From contig NC_058368.1 in the NCBI RefSeq assembly GCF_018350175.1, forward strand, positions 175,586,001 to 175,650,000: a stretch of 64,000 bases of DNA, written 5' to 3'. The notes under the pieces are model-generated. The model saw only the letters and a list, made by a program, of their open reading frames with translations, was not told the DNA's origin and did no database searches. Of this stretch, positions 23,451 through 36,279 are shown piece by piece. This DNA is from Felis catus. Taxonomy: Eukaryota. Both the position numbers and the translations under genes were made by a program. The stretch's first letter is position 1. The number at the start of each line of letters is the position of its first letter.

Positions 23451-23749
23451 AGTTGGGGGGAGAAAAAGGAAAAGAAAGAAGAACGTCCTTCTCCGTGTCT
23501 GCTGGACAAAGTCCTCTTCATCGACGATCGTGCAAGGCAAAGCTCAAATGGCATCTCCTATGGGGGCTTGCCGACCATGGGGAAGGGACACCGAGGCTGC
23601 CCCCGCGGCAGTGGGCATGGCTGCCTCTGATTGAAGCTTCCCTAACAGTGTGCGTGGGCCTCTGTGTGTGGCTGTGTAATAGAAAACTGCCTTTTAAGCC
23701 ATCTACCCTTCGGAAGAGATGGTGACAGCGACTGCCCCGAGCCTTGCTA

Positions 23750-23920
23750 CTGTAGGTAAGGTTTGCTGCATCAGAGTCAGGTGGGAATTTATAAGGAGGA
23801 GCACTTATCTCAGGCCCAACCCTCAGATCCACTGAATCAGAATCTGCCTCTTTTTTTTTTTTTTTTTTTTTACCAAAGCTTCAGGTAAATCATTTGTGCC
23901 TCTACGCATTAAGCCCTGGT
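23750..23920. mobile_element. MER5-family fragment with polyT
   Basis: GCTGCATCAGAGTCA, CAGGCCCAACCCTCAGATCCACTGAATCAGAATCTGC. Confidence 0.6.
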
Positions 23921-24085
23921 CTAGAGGGCCCAGCTTCAGGAGGCACATCTTTAATTCCTCCGTGGGACCCGGTTACGCGGCAGAGGCAGCATGAAACTCC
24001 TTATGGGTCACACATACCTGAGCACTCTCTGAAGCCAGTGTGTGTTTTTCAAGTCCTCCCGGGATAGAAAACCGTGGGCTCAGCC

Positions 24086-24262
24086 CAGTGGTTCTATAAC
24101 TTGAGTGTCGTGTCAGAATAACTCCAAGGTCTTGTTAATCCGTCTTCCGCGTTCCTGAGGCAGTAGATCTGAGGTGGGGCTCAGAATTTGCATTTCTAAC
24201 CAGTTTCTGCGTGATGCCAGCCCTGGACGCTGCCTGTGGAGGGACTACACGAAGGGCTACTG
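24086..24262. mobile_element. MER5A
   Basis: CAGTGGTTCTATAACTTGAGTG; CAGTAGATCTGAGGTGGGGCTCAGAATTTGCATTTCTAAC. Confidence 0.8.
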
Positions 24263-24344
24263 GCTTCGCGCGTGGGAAATACGTGTCGGATGTACGAACT
24301 GACGGAGAATTCGAAAGAGAAAATAGATCCAAGAAGTGTCTAGG

Positions 24345-24780
24345 GTTTTAGTGTTCAGTTGTGTAACTTGCCAAACGCAGGGGTTCAAAACAGCAATAAT
24401 GCCTCATTTCTCATGATCCTGGAGGTGGACTGGGCTCAGTTGGGTTGTTATCTAACTCCATATGGTGGAGCTGAGGGCTGGAGTTACAACACCCAAGATG
24501 GCCTCTCACCCTCAAGGCCCCTTTCCTTGGCAGGGTTCTCACCCCTCAGTAGTCTGGCCTAAGCTTCTTGGAAGCAGCTGGTTTCCAAGGGGAGAGCACG
24601 GAAACTGTCAGTTTTCCTTTTAAGGCCCGGGCTTGGAAGCCCCAGAGGATCACTTTGCCACCTTCTATTGGTATCAACCAAGTCTCAAGGACAGCTTAGA
24701 TTCAAGGGGAGGGGAGCTAGACATCACCTCTTAATAGGAGGAGCAGCAGAGAATTTGTAGCCATCATTAACCCACCACCT
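24345..24780 (-). mobile_element. MLT1H/G-type LTR
   Basis: GACTGGGCTCAGTTGGG, CAAGATGGCCTC, AGATTCAAGGGGAGGGGA..CACCTCTTAATAGGAGGAG. Confidence 0.75.
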
Positions 24781-25599
24781 CTGGTTTATTACAGAGAATA
24801 CATTAAGGGACCTGCTGAGAAATACCTACAACCCTGCTAATCGGTCAGTTGGTCACTGTAGTGATACGTACTACAGCCATTGTTTGCTTTCCATGCTGGA
24901 CCTCCAGGGCTGGGGACTCAGTGGGGGGACGTCAACTTTGCTCCACGTTCCTGCTCAGTCGAGCTCTCCTTGTGATTTCATGTTCCTTTGGACGCAGGCT
25001 TTTTACCTTTTCATCCATTGCACCAAAGACGGAAGGGGCTTGGGCGAATCGGTTTGTGGGTATAAAACACACCACAGAAAGTTCTGTAAGACTCACATCC
25101 TGAGGTAGTGAAAGCTCTTAATTAGCGCAATAAAACACCGATGAATCCCTTCATCCTTGATCATCAGATGGTAAAAAAAAATAAGAGAGTTTGGCGAACG
25201 AATGACAACTTGAATGTCCGTGACCCATGGTCCGTTCGGTTGGGAGCTGTTATTAGTAATAGTATGATTTGGGGTTTTAGGACTTTAACAGTAAATGTAA
25301 CAGCCATACTTTCTGTAGTCCGCAGAGTCCTTTTTCAGGGGCGTTATCACATCTGATCCTTCATAATCCAGCAAGTTGTATTTAGCCTCATCCTACAGAT
25401 GAGGAAACTGAGTTCCTAAGAGTAGAAGTCGCCCAAGGTCATGATGACTGTAAAACTGTTGGAATTCACACCCAGGACTCTCCGCCATGAGCCTTTTCCA
25501 TGACTTATTTCAAACACTTCCTTCCAGGAAAAAGCTTAATTGAGCATGCTGTAGTCAACCTAACATGGTAGGAGGAAATACGATTTAATCCAGATCTCG

Positions 25600-25722
25600 T
25601 CAGCAGGTATCGTCGTGTGAGAGCTTCTTAGAAATGCTGAATCTTTGGTCCTAACCCAGATCCGCATTTTAACAAGGTCTCCAAGTGATTTGTACATCCC
25701 CAAAGGTTTGAGAAGCACAGAT
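25600..25722. mobile_element. MER5B-like fragment
   Basis: TTAGAAATGC..CGCATTTTAACAAG..GTGATT..GTTTGAGAAGCAC. Confidence 0.7.
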
Positions 25723-25734
25723 TTGGGACACAGT

Positions 25735-25975
25735 TTTGAAGTCAGACCGGCTGGTGCCAAATCCTGCGGAGTCTCTCCTAGCTGCCTGATGTGGGCAATG
25801 AGTTCTCTAAGCTGCAGTGTGTTTATCTGTAAAATAGTGATTAAGGAAGAAAAAAAAAATCTGCCCTCCCAAGGTTATTGTAAACACTCTACAAGTTAAT
25901 GCGAGAAAAGAGTTTTGCAGACGGCCTGGCTTATAGTAAGTGCTCAGTAAATGTGAGTCACTATTATTATTGTTA
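25735..25975 (+). mobile_element. MIR
   Basis: ATCTGTAAAATAG, GGTTATTGTAA, ATAGTAAGTGCTCAGTAAATGT..CTATTATTATT. Confidence 0.8.
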
Positions 25976-26902
25976 AAACTAATGACCTTCCTGATCAGCC
26001 AGCCAGATGGTCCGCAACTCCCTGCTGCGAAAAGCAAAACTCTCCCTACATACCAACTGCAAAAGAAAGAAGAGACAGAGCCCTTGCCCTTGAGATGCTC
26101 TCCGAGCAATGAGAAAGGGAGGACAGACGCACAGAAAAACAGACAAGCGGAGCTCTCCCACAGAACGGTCCCCATGGAGCCCGCGTTCTCGCAGGCGAGA
26201 TGGGCTGTTTGATGAGGTGCCACAGGGGAAGAGGAATGGTTCCGGAGCTTGTTAACTAACTGATGAGTCAGGGGTGACGGCGACTGAAGCGTGAAGGTGG
26301 GAATACACAGACCAGGCTCAGCGTGGCAGGGCCACCGGGGCAGGCTTCCCCTCCCCCACCCGTGAGAGTGCAGAGCTGGTGGAAGGGGGCAAGCCTCGCG
26401 GGGCAGGGAGGGAGGGAGTGCGGGGTCAGAGCTGGTCTTCCCTGGGGCAACAGGGGACATTGGGTCTGCGGGGCTGACTAAGCCAGGATCTAGAGGGCAA
26501 TGCCCGGGCTCCAAGCCCTGGGGCAAGAAGGTCGATTCCAAATCCAGATCCAGTTATGGCGGAATGGATGCCAGCAGCTAGGAGGACCCTGGTGAAGACT
26601 CAATTTATGTACCAGAAGCTGGAGCAGGGTCAGAGTAAGGGTCAGGGTCTAAAGGGCTGCCTGGAAGCATGATACCGGTAACAGCGGCAACTGATAAAAT
26701 CGAAACATAACAATAATAACATTGACCAAGGGCTTGGCACATACCAGCATTTCCTAGTATTAATTCACTTCATCCTCACAAGTATATGAAATCAATCCTT
26801 TCTTACTACAGAACTGAGACATAGAGATGGTAAGTTATTTGCCCACAGTCACGCTAATAAGTGGCAGAGCCAGGCCATTTGGGTCTCAGAAGTGGCCTTT
26901 TT

Positions 26903-27125
26903 GGGGTGCCTGGGTGGCTTGTTCGGTTAAGCCTCCGACTTCGGCTCGGGTCATGATCTCACGGCTCGTGGGTTCAAGCCGCACATCGGGCTCTGTGCTG
27001 ACAGCTGGGAGCCTGGAGCCTGCTTCGGATGCTGTGTCTCCCTCTCTGCCCCTCCGCCACTCACACTCTGTTTCTCTCTCTCTCAAAACTAAATAAACGT
27101 TAAAAAAATTTTTTTTTAAGGAAAA
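26903..27125 (+). mobile_element. CAN-SINE
   Basis: GGGGTGCCTGGGTGGCTTGTTCGGTTAAG head, CT body, AAATAAACGTTAAAA tail. Confidence 0.95.
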
Positions 27126-28099
27126 AGAAAGAACAGGCCTTCTTAACTCTTAAACTAGATTGCATATCAGCTGGTCTTTGGCGCTGGTCTTTTGGGGACC
27201 AGGGGGAGGGACTTGATGTGCGAGTTGGGTCCACCTGTCTCGAGGAGCCTGGGGGGGGGGGAGAAAAGCCCACTTATCTTCCAAGATTCAGGATGACCTG
27301 TGATACTATCTTTTGAAGAGGTGGCTACCCCAGAGATGAGGACACCCCTAATTTCTCTTTGTCTTACATTTCAGGTTCCACAGGGCAGATATTGGGAAGT
27401 ACCCAGTCTGGGGCACACACAAAGCCAGGCTCTGAGAGATACAGATGGGTCAGGCACTGTTTTAGCCCCGAGGAGCTCATGGTCTCATAGAGGCTGGCAC
27501 AGCAACGTGTATCAGAGAGATGCAAACCACGGAGGGTCAGGAGAGGATGCTGTGGCTGTAACTTTCTTCTCGGCCAATGAAACCAAGATGGTGGAAAGAT
27601 TGGTACTATCCTTCTTGTGTCCAGTTCGGGCCATGTCCTGGTCCTTGTGAGTCTTTTCCCCAAGCCAATTTGGTCCTAAGTTGCTTCACCTTCTCACCTT
27701 CTGCGATTTCTTCCCCGACCCCCTCAAGTCTCCTTATTTACGAAATTCACAGATCTACTCCCAACTTAGGAAGAAGCTTTGGCAAAATCTCAACCCATCC
27801 AGCATGCAGTTAGAAATAACCCACGGGCCAAAACAAGCCACGAGCAAATTGAAGGCAAAATGAGGCAAAGTGCCCTACACAGCAGTGGGAAGAGGCTTGG
27901 TCAACAGTTTGTAAGATCTTTGGGCAAATCCCAGCCTCTGACAACTATTAGCAGTGGGATCCTGAGCAGTGACTTACCCTCCGTAAGCTTGAATTTCCTT
28001 TCCCTATGCAAAACTTTCCCTGCACAAAACCCCACTGCCTTTAAGGACCCTGCCTAATCTGGGCCCTGCTAACCTCTCCAGCGTCATTTCTCAGAATTC

Positions 28100-28530
28100 T
28101 CCTTGGGCTTCAAACAACAGACGAGCATTCGCTTAAATCACAAAGACATATATTGTTCACTTGTCAGGAAGTCTGAGGGTATCTGCCTCCAACGTTGCTT
28201 TTGCAGCACTTTAAGGTCCAGATATTGGTTTCAAGTCTCCCCAGGTCTCCTGTCTTTCCTCTTATTGTCACAATATGGCTGCCACGGCTCCAGGCATTGC
28301 ACTCACACATAACAGTGAGGAGATCTCTTCATTGGCTTCTTTGCTTTAACCTGAAGCTCCTCCAGGAAACTTCTCTTGACATTGTTTTGGATGAAACAGT
28401 GTCACGTGGCCATCTCTAGCAAGGTGAAGTCTGGGAAAGCGTAGATCTTGCCTCTCTCTGGGTGGTATAGTTGGTGAGGGAGAATGAATTGCAGATACCT
28501 ACTGAGTGGCCAAGCAACATTGTCTGCTAC
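28100..28530 (-). mobile_element. MLT1J-type LTR
   Basis: GCTTAAATCACAAAGACATATATTG, ATGGCTGCCACGGCTCCAGGCAT, GTCACGTGGCCA, TGTCTGCTACA. Confidence 0.65.
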
Positions 28531-29050
28531 ATTCCTAATCAAAGTTTTGTCTGTCTAACACACGAATCCACCCAATGTTTCCCCAAAAGAGCATATAATT
28601 TCAGCTTCTGTGTCATTGCATATGCTGGTTCCCTTTGCCTGGAATGCCTTTCCTTCCCTTCTCCATCTGGTGAACCCCCACTTATCTTCCAAGATTCAGC
28701 TGTGACGTCTTCCTATAATATCACTTCCACTCTAGAGTCTGAGTGAGACAGATCTTCCCTCTATGAGCCAAAAGCTTCTCTGATTTATTTCTATATCCTA
28801 GAGTCTAGCATATTACCGAACGTAAAACAGGTGCCCATGAAATGCTTACTGAACAAATAAATGAAGATAATAGTCACTACCTCATAGTCATTGCAAGCTC
28901 AAAGATGAGCTCGTTTGTGAAAAAATAGTATACGTCTTCATTAATAACGATTGCCATCATGATATTAGTGATTTCGGCTAGCATTCACTGAAGACTTACT
29001 ATACGGCGGCCGCTGTTCTACAGAGCCTACACACCTAATTCATCTAGTTT

Positions 29051-29269
29051 TATTTTTTTATTTTTATTTTTTTAATGTTTATTCATTTTTTGAGAGACAG
29101 AGCGTGAGTGGGGGAGGGGCAGAAAGAGAGGGAGGCTCAGAATCCGAAGCGGGTTCCAGGCTCTGCGCTGACAGCAGAGAGCCCGACGCGGGGCTCGAAC
29201 TCCCGGACCGCGAGATCATGACCTGAGCCGAAGTCGGATGCTTGACCGACTGAGCCACCCAGGCGCCTC
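29051..29269 (-). mobile_element. CAN-SINE inserted in a MIR
   Basis: Typical antisense SINEC; degenerate TSD ctaattcatctagttt / ctaattcctctaattt. Confidence 0.96.
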
Positions 29270-29319
29270 TAATTCCTCTAATTTATTCAAAACACTGTGA
29301 CATGGGCCGGAGACCCTAC

Positions 29320-29670
29320 ACTAGGTGTTGTTGAAGTAACAAGCGATGTTCAAATCTTCAGTGGCTTAAACACCAAAGACTGATTCCTCACTCGTGCTAA
29401 ACATCATTTGTGGGTAGCGAGGATCTGTCACCATTTTAATCTTTCAAGAAACGAATTGACCGGCTCGTGGGTGCAGCAGCCGGGTCACAGGGCCTCCTTG
29501 GACAGTGTGGCAGAGAAAGGGAGCACGGGAAGCCGATGCCGGCTCCAAACGCTTCTGTCCAGAAGTGATGCACACCGCTTGCGCTTACATTGAGTTGCTG
29601 AAGGCCGGTCCCATGGTCATGCCCAAGTTGAAGGAGTCAGTGAGGGCTGCTAGCTAGCATCCACCACATA
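29320..29670 (-). mobile_element. MLT1I/J-type LTR
   Basis: GTAACAAG..CAAATCTTCAGTGGCTTAAAC, GCTTCTGTCCAGAAGTGATGCAC, CCCATGGTCATGCCCAA. Confidence 0.65.
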
Positions 29671-29801
29671 GGTACTGTTATTACCTGTCATTAACAGATG
29701 GAGAAACTGAAGCAGAGAGTGGAGACAAAGGGATGTGCCCAAGACCACACAGCCGGTGAGTGGTTGAGCCAGGATTCAAACTTGGCTTTTGTGAATGAGA
29801 G

Positions 29802-30022
29802 CAGAGGTCAGCAAACGCTTTTGGTCCAGGGTCAGAGAGTGAATATTTTAGGCTTTGCAGGCCATCCAGTCTCGGATGCAACTACTCGATCGTAGTGTGA
29901 GAGTGCAAAGGCAGCCACAGACAAGGTAAATGAATGGGCACAGCGGTGTTCCAATAACACTTTATTTGCAAAAGTATGAGGTGGGTCAGATTGGCTGGCA
30001 GGCCATGGTTGGCCGACCCCTT
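29802..30022. mobile_element. MER58A hAT-Charlie MITE
   Basis: Terminal inverted repeats CAGAGGTCAGCAAAC / GTTGGCCGACCCCT; AATATTTTAGGCTTTGCAGGCCA; GTTCCAATAACACTTTATTT. Confidence 0.9.
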
Positions 30023-33000
30023 CGTGAGAATCCTTGCTTATGACCCCAAGGTTACCCTGAGCTCTGAAGAGTGTAAAAGGAGGAACAAATGTGAGGTATT
30101 ATAACCATTTTCTATCAAATATCTGCCACATTGCCTCCCTAGCCAGCCAGAGTCAAATGACTTCACAGACTTTAATGGGTCACTGAGCCTTCATCCGGCC
30201 AAGGTTAAGGGGAACCAGCTTCTCTTTGGGGCCTGGCTAATTATTACTGTACAAGTTTAAAAGAAATGACAGACAGGTAATTTTCTTACTAAAAATGAGA
30301 ACAGGACCCATACCAAGGACCAAGCAAGCCAGTATTAAACCCCCATTAGCTGTGTGGGGTCATTTCTAATGGCACGTTCACCGATGGGACAATTATTCTG
30401 CTGGCCTGTGCTAACCAGCAATTGAAATCAGTGGGAGGCTCTGGGCACCAAAGCAGGTTTTTTTCTGGGCCACCTAACCCAGACCTTGTTTTTCCAGCTG
30501 ACACTCTGCCTGTGTCAGCTAATTCCTGCTTTGGAAAATGCATTCCAGGGCTAATAAAGACTTTAAAGTCACACCATTTTCTCACCATGTTATTAAAACC
30601 CAAATGGCTTCGCTTATTCCTAATATGACCAGGAGATTTCCCGGCTAGCTCAGAAACGGCCCGAAAAGTCCCAGAATCTGGGTTTCCGATTGGAAGACGA
30701 GGCCTGGGGTTTATTTGTGGATTAATTGTTTCTGAGTAGTGCAAGTAATGCGATGGCAAGGCAGTGCGCCGGGCGCAACGAAAGCAGACCGTGGCAACCA
30801 ATTTTGCTGAAACGCGCCTGTCTTTGACGGCCTGTAAGACAGCATTCGCCTTCACCGCCCGCTCACCGCCAGCGGGAACCTGGGCAAGTCCCTTCGCCTC
30901 ACCGAGCCTCAGTTCCCGCTTTTGTGAAATGGCGGTGACGAGGCCAGCTTCACAAGTGCTGTCGGGAGGGTGGCAGGCAGCGTGGTCTAAGTGCCCAGAA
31001 GGCCCTCCCCGAATGGCAGCTAGCATGGAAGCAGGAAGGCTTTGGGTCTGGCCAAGCCAGAAATAGCTGAGAACGGGCTCCGGAAAACTGGCAGAATCAA
31101 CCCCAAGCTGAGCTCCCTGGCGCTAATTGGAAATAAATCAGGAGAAACAATAACCAGCCAGAACAATTAGAAGAATGAGCTAATGGAACCCGTCCCCCCC
31201 GAGGTTTTGCTCCTTCTGGAATGGCAACCAGTCCTCCCCCAGGCCAGTCTGCAGCTGCCTTGAGGGAGGAAGCCTGCGTGGGGCAGAGGCAGAGACAGAG
31301 ACAGAGACAGAGACAGAGAGAGAGAGCCTCATTCCGGCATGTCTGTCTTTATCTCCACCATCGGTTCTCACGAATGCTGTGCTGAGCTCACCAGAGAGGG
31401 CAGCTGGGGCCATCCACGGAGGCCTGGGGAGACTTGCAGATGTCCCCAGCAGGACAAAGCACCGAGGTGCCAGGATAGGGCCAGACGTTGCCCTGGGCCC
31501 CAGTTCTTCTGTGGCGGAGCTGCAGGCAGGGGGCCAGACTGGAAGCTTTAGAAGCGTGGGCGGGCTCCCAGAGCTCATCTAGACTTTACCTACCCCTTTT
31601 TCAGATAAGCAAACTGAGGTCCAGAGAGAGTTAGTGGTTTGCCTGAGGTCAGGCAGCAGGAACGGAACTTGGATCTCTTCCTTCGGCCTTTGCACCGTGC
31701 AGTCTCTTCAGACACGGGGCAGACGGCCAGAGTTGGGTTGGAGAGACGGGCTATATCTGAGCAGAGAAGAACAGTATGAGGTCGAGAAAACAGACTTCTA
31801 AAGTTCCGAGCTAGGAAAAAAAGGAAAACGTCTCTCCCCATCATCGTGACATCCCATTAGAATGGGGGACCATCCCACTCCCTTCCTCTAAGATTGTATT
31901 CAATTCAAGTGTCCCCACCCGGAGGGAAGGGTCAGCTTCGGCTCCAGAAGACTGAGCACAAACACTATTTTTGCCTCACTTGCTTTGTGGAAAATTTTAG
32001 AATCCTGGCCCTGCTATTTCCTGGCTGTGTGTCCTTGTGCAAGTCACGTCCCCTCTCTGAGCTCCAATTGCCCCACCTGCAACACTGGAGTGGTGGTAGA
32101 ACTGAGTATCTTTTGCAAGCTGCAAAATGCGAGATAAATGTAAGGCTCTGGTCACATGGTTTTTATTTCTTCGTAACTCAGATCGAGGCAGAGAATTCCC
32201 CGTCGGAAGCAGGTGTCTCCACTCCTAAAAAAAAAAAAAGGGTAGAGAAAAATGCGGAGCAGCCATCCTGCAGAGTCTGGACCCTCCTTCCTGTTTTAAC
32301 AACCTCCCTGTAAACTGCCCAGGGGGTGACCGACTCCCCTCCACTGCAACCCGCAGTAAATTGCATTCCGGGCCAGCTCACCAATCATTAGCCATGCAAT
32401 CTTGTTTATCCTGCCCCAGCCTGGAACTTGGCCTCTTACAAAACCCCAACTACAAAAGGAGAACAGGTTGAACCAAACCTTCGCAGCAAGGGAAGGAAGC
32501 CTTCCAGGAGGCTAGGGGATATTTATTAAACAGACACAGGCCAGTGCCCACTGAGCAGGTCTCAGCCCCAAAGTCCCAGCTGACCTTTCTGCTGCCACTG
32601 AGTTGAGAGTTTGAGGTGGGATCTGATCTCCAGAAGGGACAGCTTCCAAGTCGGGGCCATTGTCTAGCCCAAACCGAGAGTCAGCCCCTTACTGCCGATG
32701 ACAGCAACACGGTCATTAAGTTATTTGCTCGTCACCTTCCGTGGGGCACAGGTTGTGTAATCCTTACAATTTCTCCAGGAAGCTTTTACAGATGTGGAAG
32801 TTGGGCTTCTGATTCATCGAGTCACTTGCCCAAGGTCACAGAGCCAGAGGGTGGAGTAGACGGGACAGCTGCTGTTTATATCAGCTGCACACTTCCCTGC
32901 CTCTCCCCTTTCTTGGGGTGACAGACCCAGCTGCCTGTGCACCTGAGCCGGGCACAAGACCCGGGCCAATTCAGTCATAAGACCATATTCTCCTGGCAAA

Positions 33001-33039
33001 AATAATAGAGAATTCTGTGACCAAGCAGGACCCAACAGA

Positions 33040-33250
33040 CCCTGTTTGAAGCACTTGACACGTACGAGCGCATTACCACCTCACCATGACCCAATGGTAT
33101 AGTCACCAATGACAAATAGATGTCCCCTTTACGGATGAATACACTGAGGCACAGCAAAGTTAAGTAACTTGCCCAAGGCCACACAGGTAGTTCGCGGAGA
33201 AGCTAGAATCGAACAATCCGGCTCCAAAGCCCATCCTCGTAACCACCGGG
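33040..33250 (-). mobile_element. MIR
   Basis: TTTTACGGATGAATACACTGAGGCACAGCAAAGTTAAGTAACTTGCCCAAGGCCACACAG. Confidence 0.85.
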
Positions 33251-33494
33251 CTAGCCTGTGCCTAAATCCATGTGCCAGCCACGCCTCGGTTGGCTGGCTC
33301 CTCCCTCAGTTCCATGGCGCTGCTGCTCGAGCTTGGTGATTTGTGAGACCCCTGGGGCCCCCTTCACTCTGCTCCTACGTGCCATTCCCAACTGGCTCAT
33401 CAGGTCAGGCTGCCTCTCAGGCCTCTGAATCACGGTGTCCTGACCTACCACTGGGCCTCCTCCACGCCCCCCTCCAATGGCTCAGGCCCCCCCA

Positions 33495-33642
33495 AACACA
33501 CACACGGATACACATATCCACGGACACACACGTGCCCACACGAACGCACTTGCTCTGTCGCACGTAGATACGCACATACTCATACCCATAGCCACTCACT
33601 CTCACACACACACACACATTCACACACATACACATATGCACG

Positions 33643-33674
<32 letters not shown>

Positions 33675-33795
33675 CTCAGTCACACACACAGATACACCTA
33701 CGCGCACACACATCTACACTCACTCTCACCCACGTACACACAAACACACACACGTACCCACATCTACCCATATACACACGTACGCATATACGCTA
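33495..33795. repeat. compound (CA)n/(TA)n low-complexity tract
   Basis: Degenerate CA repeats with a pure (TA)n core at ~33648-33674. Confidence 0.92.
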
Positions 33796-33855
33796 CCTTT
33801 GCAGACGGACACAATCACCTATGGCGTCTGCAAAATGTTAACTTTCTTTCTGGCG

Positions 33856-34157
33856 CAGCACTGCCCCTCCATGTAGCGGGAGCCACATGGGTGATTTTAA
33901 ATTTTCTAGCAGCCGCATTGGAAAAGTAACAAAGTAAGGCAAGTAATTTCGGCAGCCTAGGTAATACACATTCAAAACATGGGCGTTTCAGCATGTAATT
34001 AACATAAAGCCATTTATTGGTGACTTTCTTGCTCTCGTTCTGAGTTTTCAAAATCTGGTATGTATTTTACACTTACAGCACATCTCAGTTTGTACGAGAC
34101 ACGTTTGTACGAAATGTCACGAGACACGAGACATTTCTACCGAACTGGGCGGAGCAG
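33856..34157 (+). mobile_element. MER33 hAT-Charlie MITE
   Basis: GAGCCACAT..ATTTTAAATTTTCTAGCAGCCGCATT; TGTATTTTACACTTACAGCACATCTCA. Confidence 0.85.
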
Positions 34158-34731
34158 CTTGAGAGCAAGACCCCCCCAAATGCTTTCACGTCACAGCCCA
34201 CGTAGGAGATGATCATGCTTGTATGGTATCCTGGGGTAAATAGTCGAGCCCGATGGAGGCCAGAGGCAAAAGGCCCAAACATTCCAGTTTCCCCCATCGG
34301 TCCAAACCCTGCTAAGGGCTGGACCACAAGCGTATTAAGAAAAGGCAGCTTCTCTGGGGGATTTCAGCCCCATTTGCCCTTGAAGTTGAAGCTGGATGCC
34401 CTGGTTCTGTGCACAGCCTGTGCACTGGGGCTGGAGCAACCCAGTGTCACTGTCTTGAAAGCCAACAACCTTCTCCATTCATTTCTGAGAGCTCTCTGTG
34501 GCCACACCCTCATGGCCCTCAGGGCTCCAGCCTCTGCCTGCCGGCCAGATGCCTATTTCACCTGGGCTGGAAACGGAGCCTCATTATGGGTTTTCACAAA
34601 ACTTCAATTTACAACAAGCAATTAAGTTAGCTGAGTAGATTTTAGGACTTTGGGGGGGGGGGTTCCAAGGAAGGAAGGTCACCAAAGCTCACGGTCTTCT
34701 GCCATCTTGCTGGTGGTCGTCTCTTCTCTTC

Positions 34732-35120
34732 TGCTATGGCTTGCCAGTTTATATCCGCTCCCCGCCCCCACCCCACCTCAATGCCTGTGTTGAAACCCTT
34801 ACTCTTACTTACTTACAAAGGAATGGTATTAAGAGGTGGGGTCAGATGGTGATTACTCATGATAGGATCAGTGTCCTTATAGGAAGAGGAAGAGAGCTTG
34901 CTCTTTCTCTCTGTTCTCCACCCTGGGACACAGCAAAAAGACGGCAAACGGTGGCGGGGGGCGGGGGGGCGGGGTTGGGGGTTGGTCAGGAACTTGTATC
35001 AGACCCCAACCACACTGGCACCCTGATGTTGGATGGGTCAACCTCCGGAACTGTGGGAAACAAATATTTGATGTTTAAGCCACCCAGTCGGTGGTGTTCT
35101 GCAGCCTGAGCTGTCTGACA
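34732..35120 (+). mobile_element. MLT1A/MLT1A0 solo LTR
   Basis: TGCTATGG start; GGTATTAAGAGGTGGGG; CTGGCACCCTGATGTTGGA; GTTTAAGCCACCCAGTC; ends GACA. Confidence 0.85.
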
Positions 35121-36279
35121 GTTTAGTCCGGTCGCTGGGCTGGTGCCTGTTCCGGGTGACTGCTTTCAACTGACCTCTGGGGCATTGTGTGCCCACCCAT
35201 CACTGAAGTCCATGGTCCTGGCCATTCGCCTCTGTTTCCAAAGTCCACCCACACTAGCCCTTCTCAGTGTCTCAGCATTCCTTTCTGGGGCCCCCGGGCA
35301 CTTAGCAAAACCTTGCACATCTCATTTTGCCTCAGGCTCATTTATCTGGCCACTCACTTCTGTAGAGCTGCACGGTTGTCCCTGCACAGCTGGACATGGC
35401 CTTGCACAGTGCCCCATCCAGCTATCCAGCCGACTCACCCTGTCCAGGGAAGCATGTCACCAGCATCCTATCTCCTCCGCCCATCCCATATTCTCAGGAT
35501 CCTCTGTCCTCCCTGGACGTTTCCATCATGCCCTCTTTTAGGGATCCTCTCTGGTCTGGGAAAACCAGACAGTTGTCCTCCTGACACCTGCTCCCCTCAC
35601 CATCTATCCTCCTGATGGAACAACCATCGTGGAGCAGGAAGAACTGGACTCCCCTTCATCACCTCCTTCAGGCCAGGACTCAAGAAAAGTTGAATCCCCT
35701 CCTCTGTCCCGGGATGGCCTTCACCCCGCCCTTCCTCGAGGCCGGGATAGACAGGTGCAGGCAGACAACCACAGGAACCCCAACACCTTGCCCATCAGTC
35801 GTGGAAGATCCACAAATATTATCTTGGTCTCAATTGCTTTTCCAAACCTTTCAAAGTGCTCAGCAGCATAGGGGGTTGCTATGTAATGGTCACCATCCTC
35901 GTGAAAAGGAAGTCAGGGTTAGAGGTGGCCCCTTTTCTCCCCTGTTGAATACATTCAGTGGTGATTATTATGGTGTTAATTATTCATTTGGTCAGCCACG
36001 GAAGAGAGGGGAAATACCAACAATGCAATTAAGAAATGCTTCCCTCACACCTCCTCAAGGCTGAGGCTTCGCAGAAATCCCAGTCCCCAAATCTGAGTCC
36101 CTGACCTAGACCTGTGGCCACGATTTCCTGCCCTCCCCTTCCCTTATACCCACTCTAGGGAATTCATTTGAATTCAATTTCCTCCACCAAACAACTCATC
36201 GAGGAAATGGAAGCTGAAACAACACCGAAGGACCCGTTTTGTCTATTCCGGCAAAACGCACGGAATCATGATACCATCC

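Noticed and set aside
25807..26541. 244-aa minus-strand ORF
   Set aside because: GC-rich chance ORF ending in a MIR; no ATG at the annotated start and no recognisable homology.
30346..31026. 226-aa minus-strand ORF
   Set aside because: Its N-terminal part is translated MIR (QKRELRLGEAKGLAQV); no family match.
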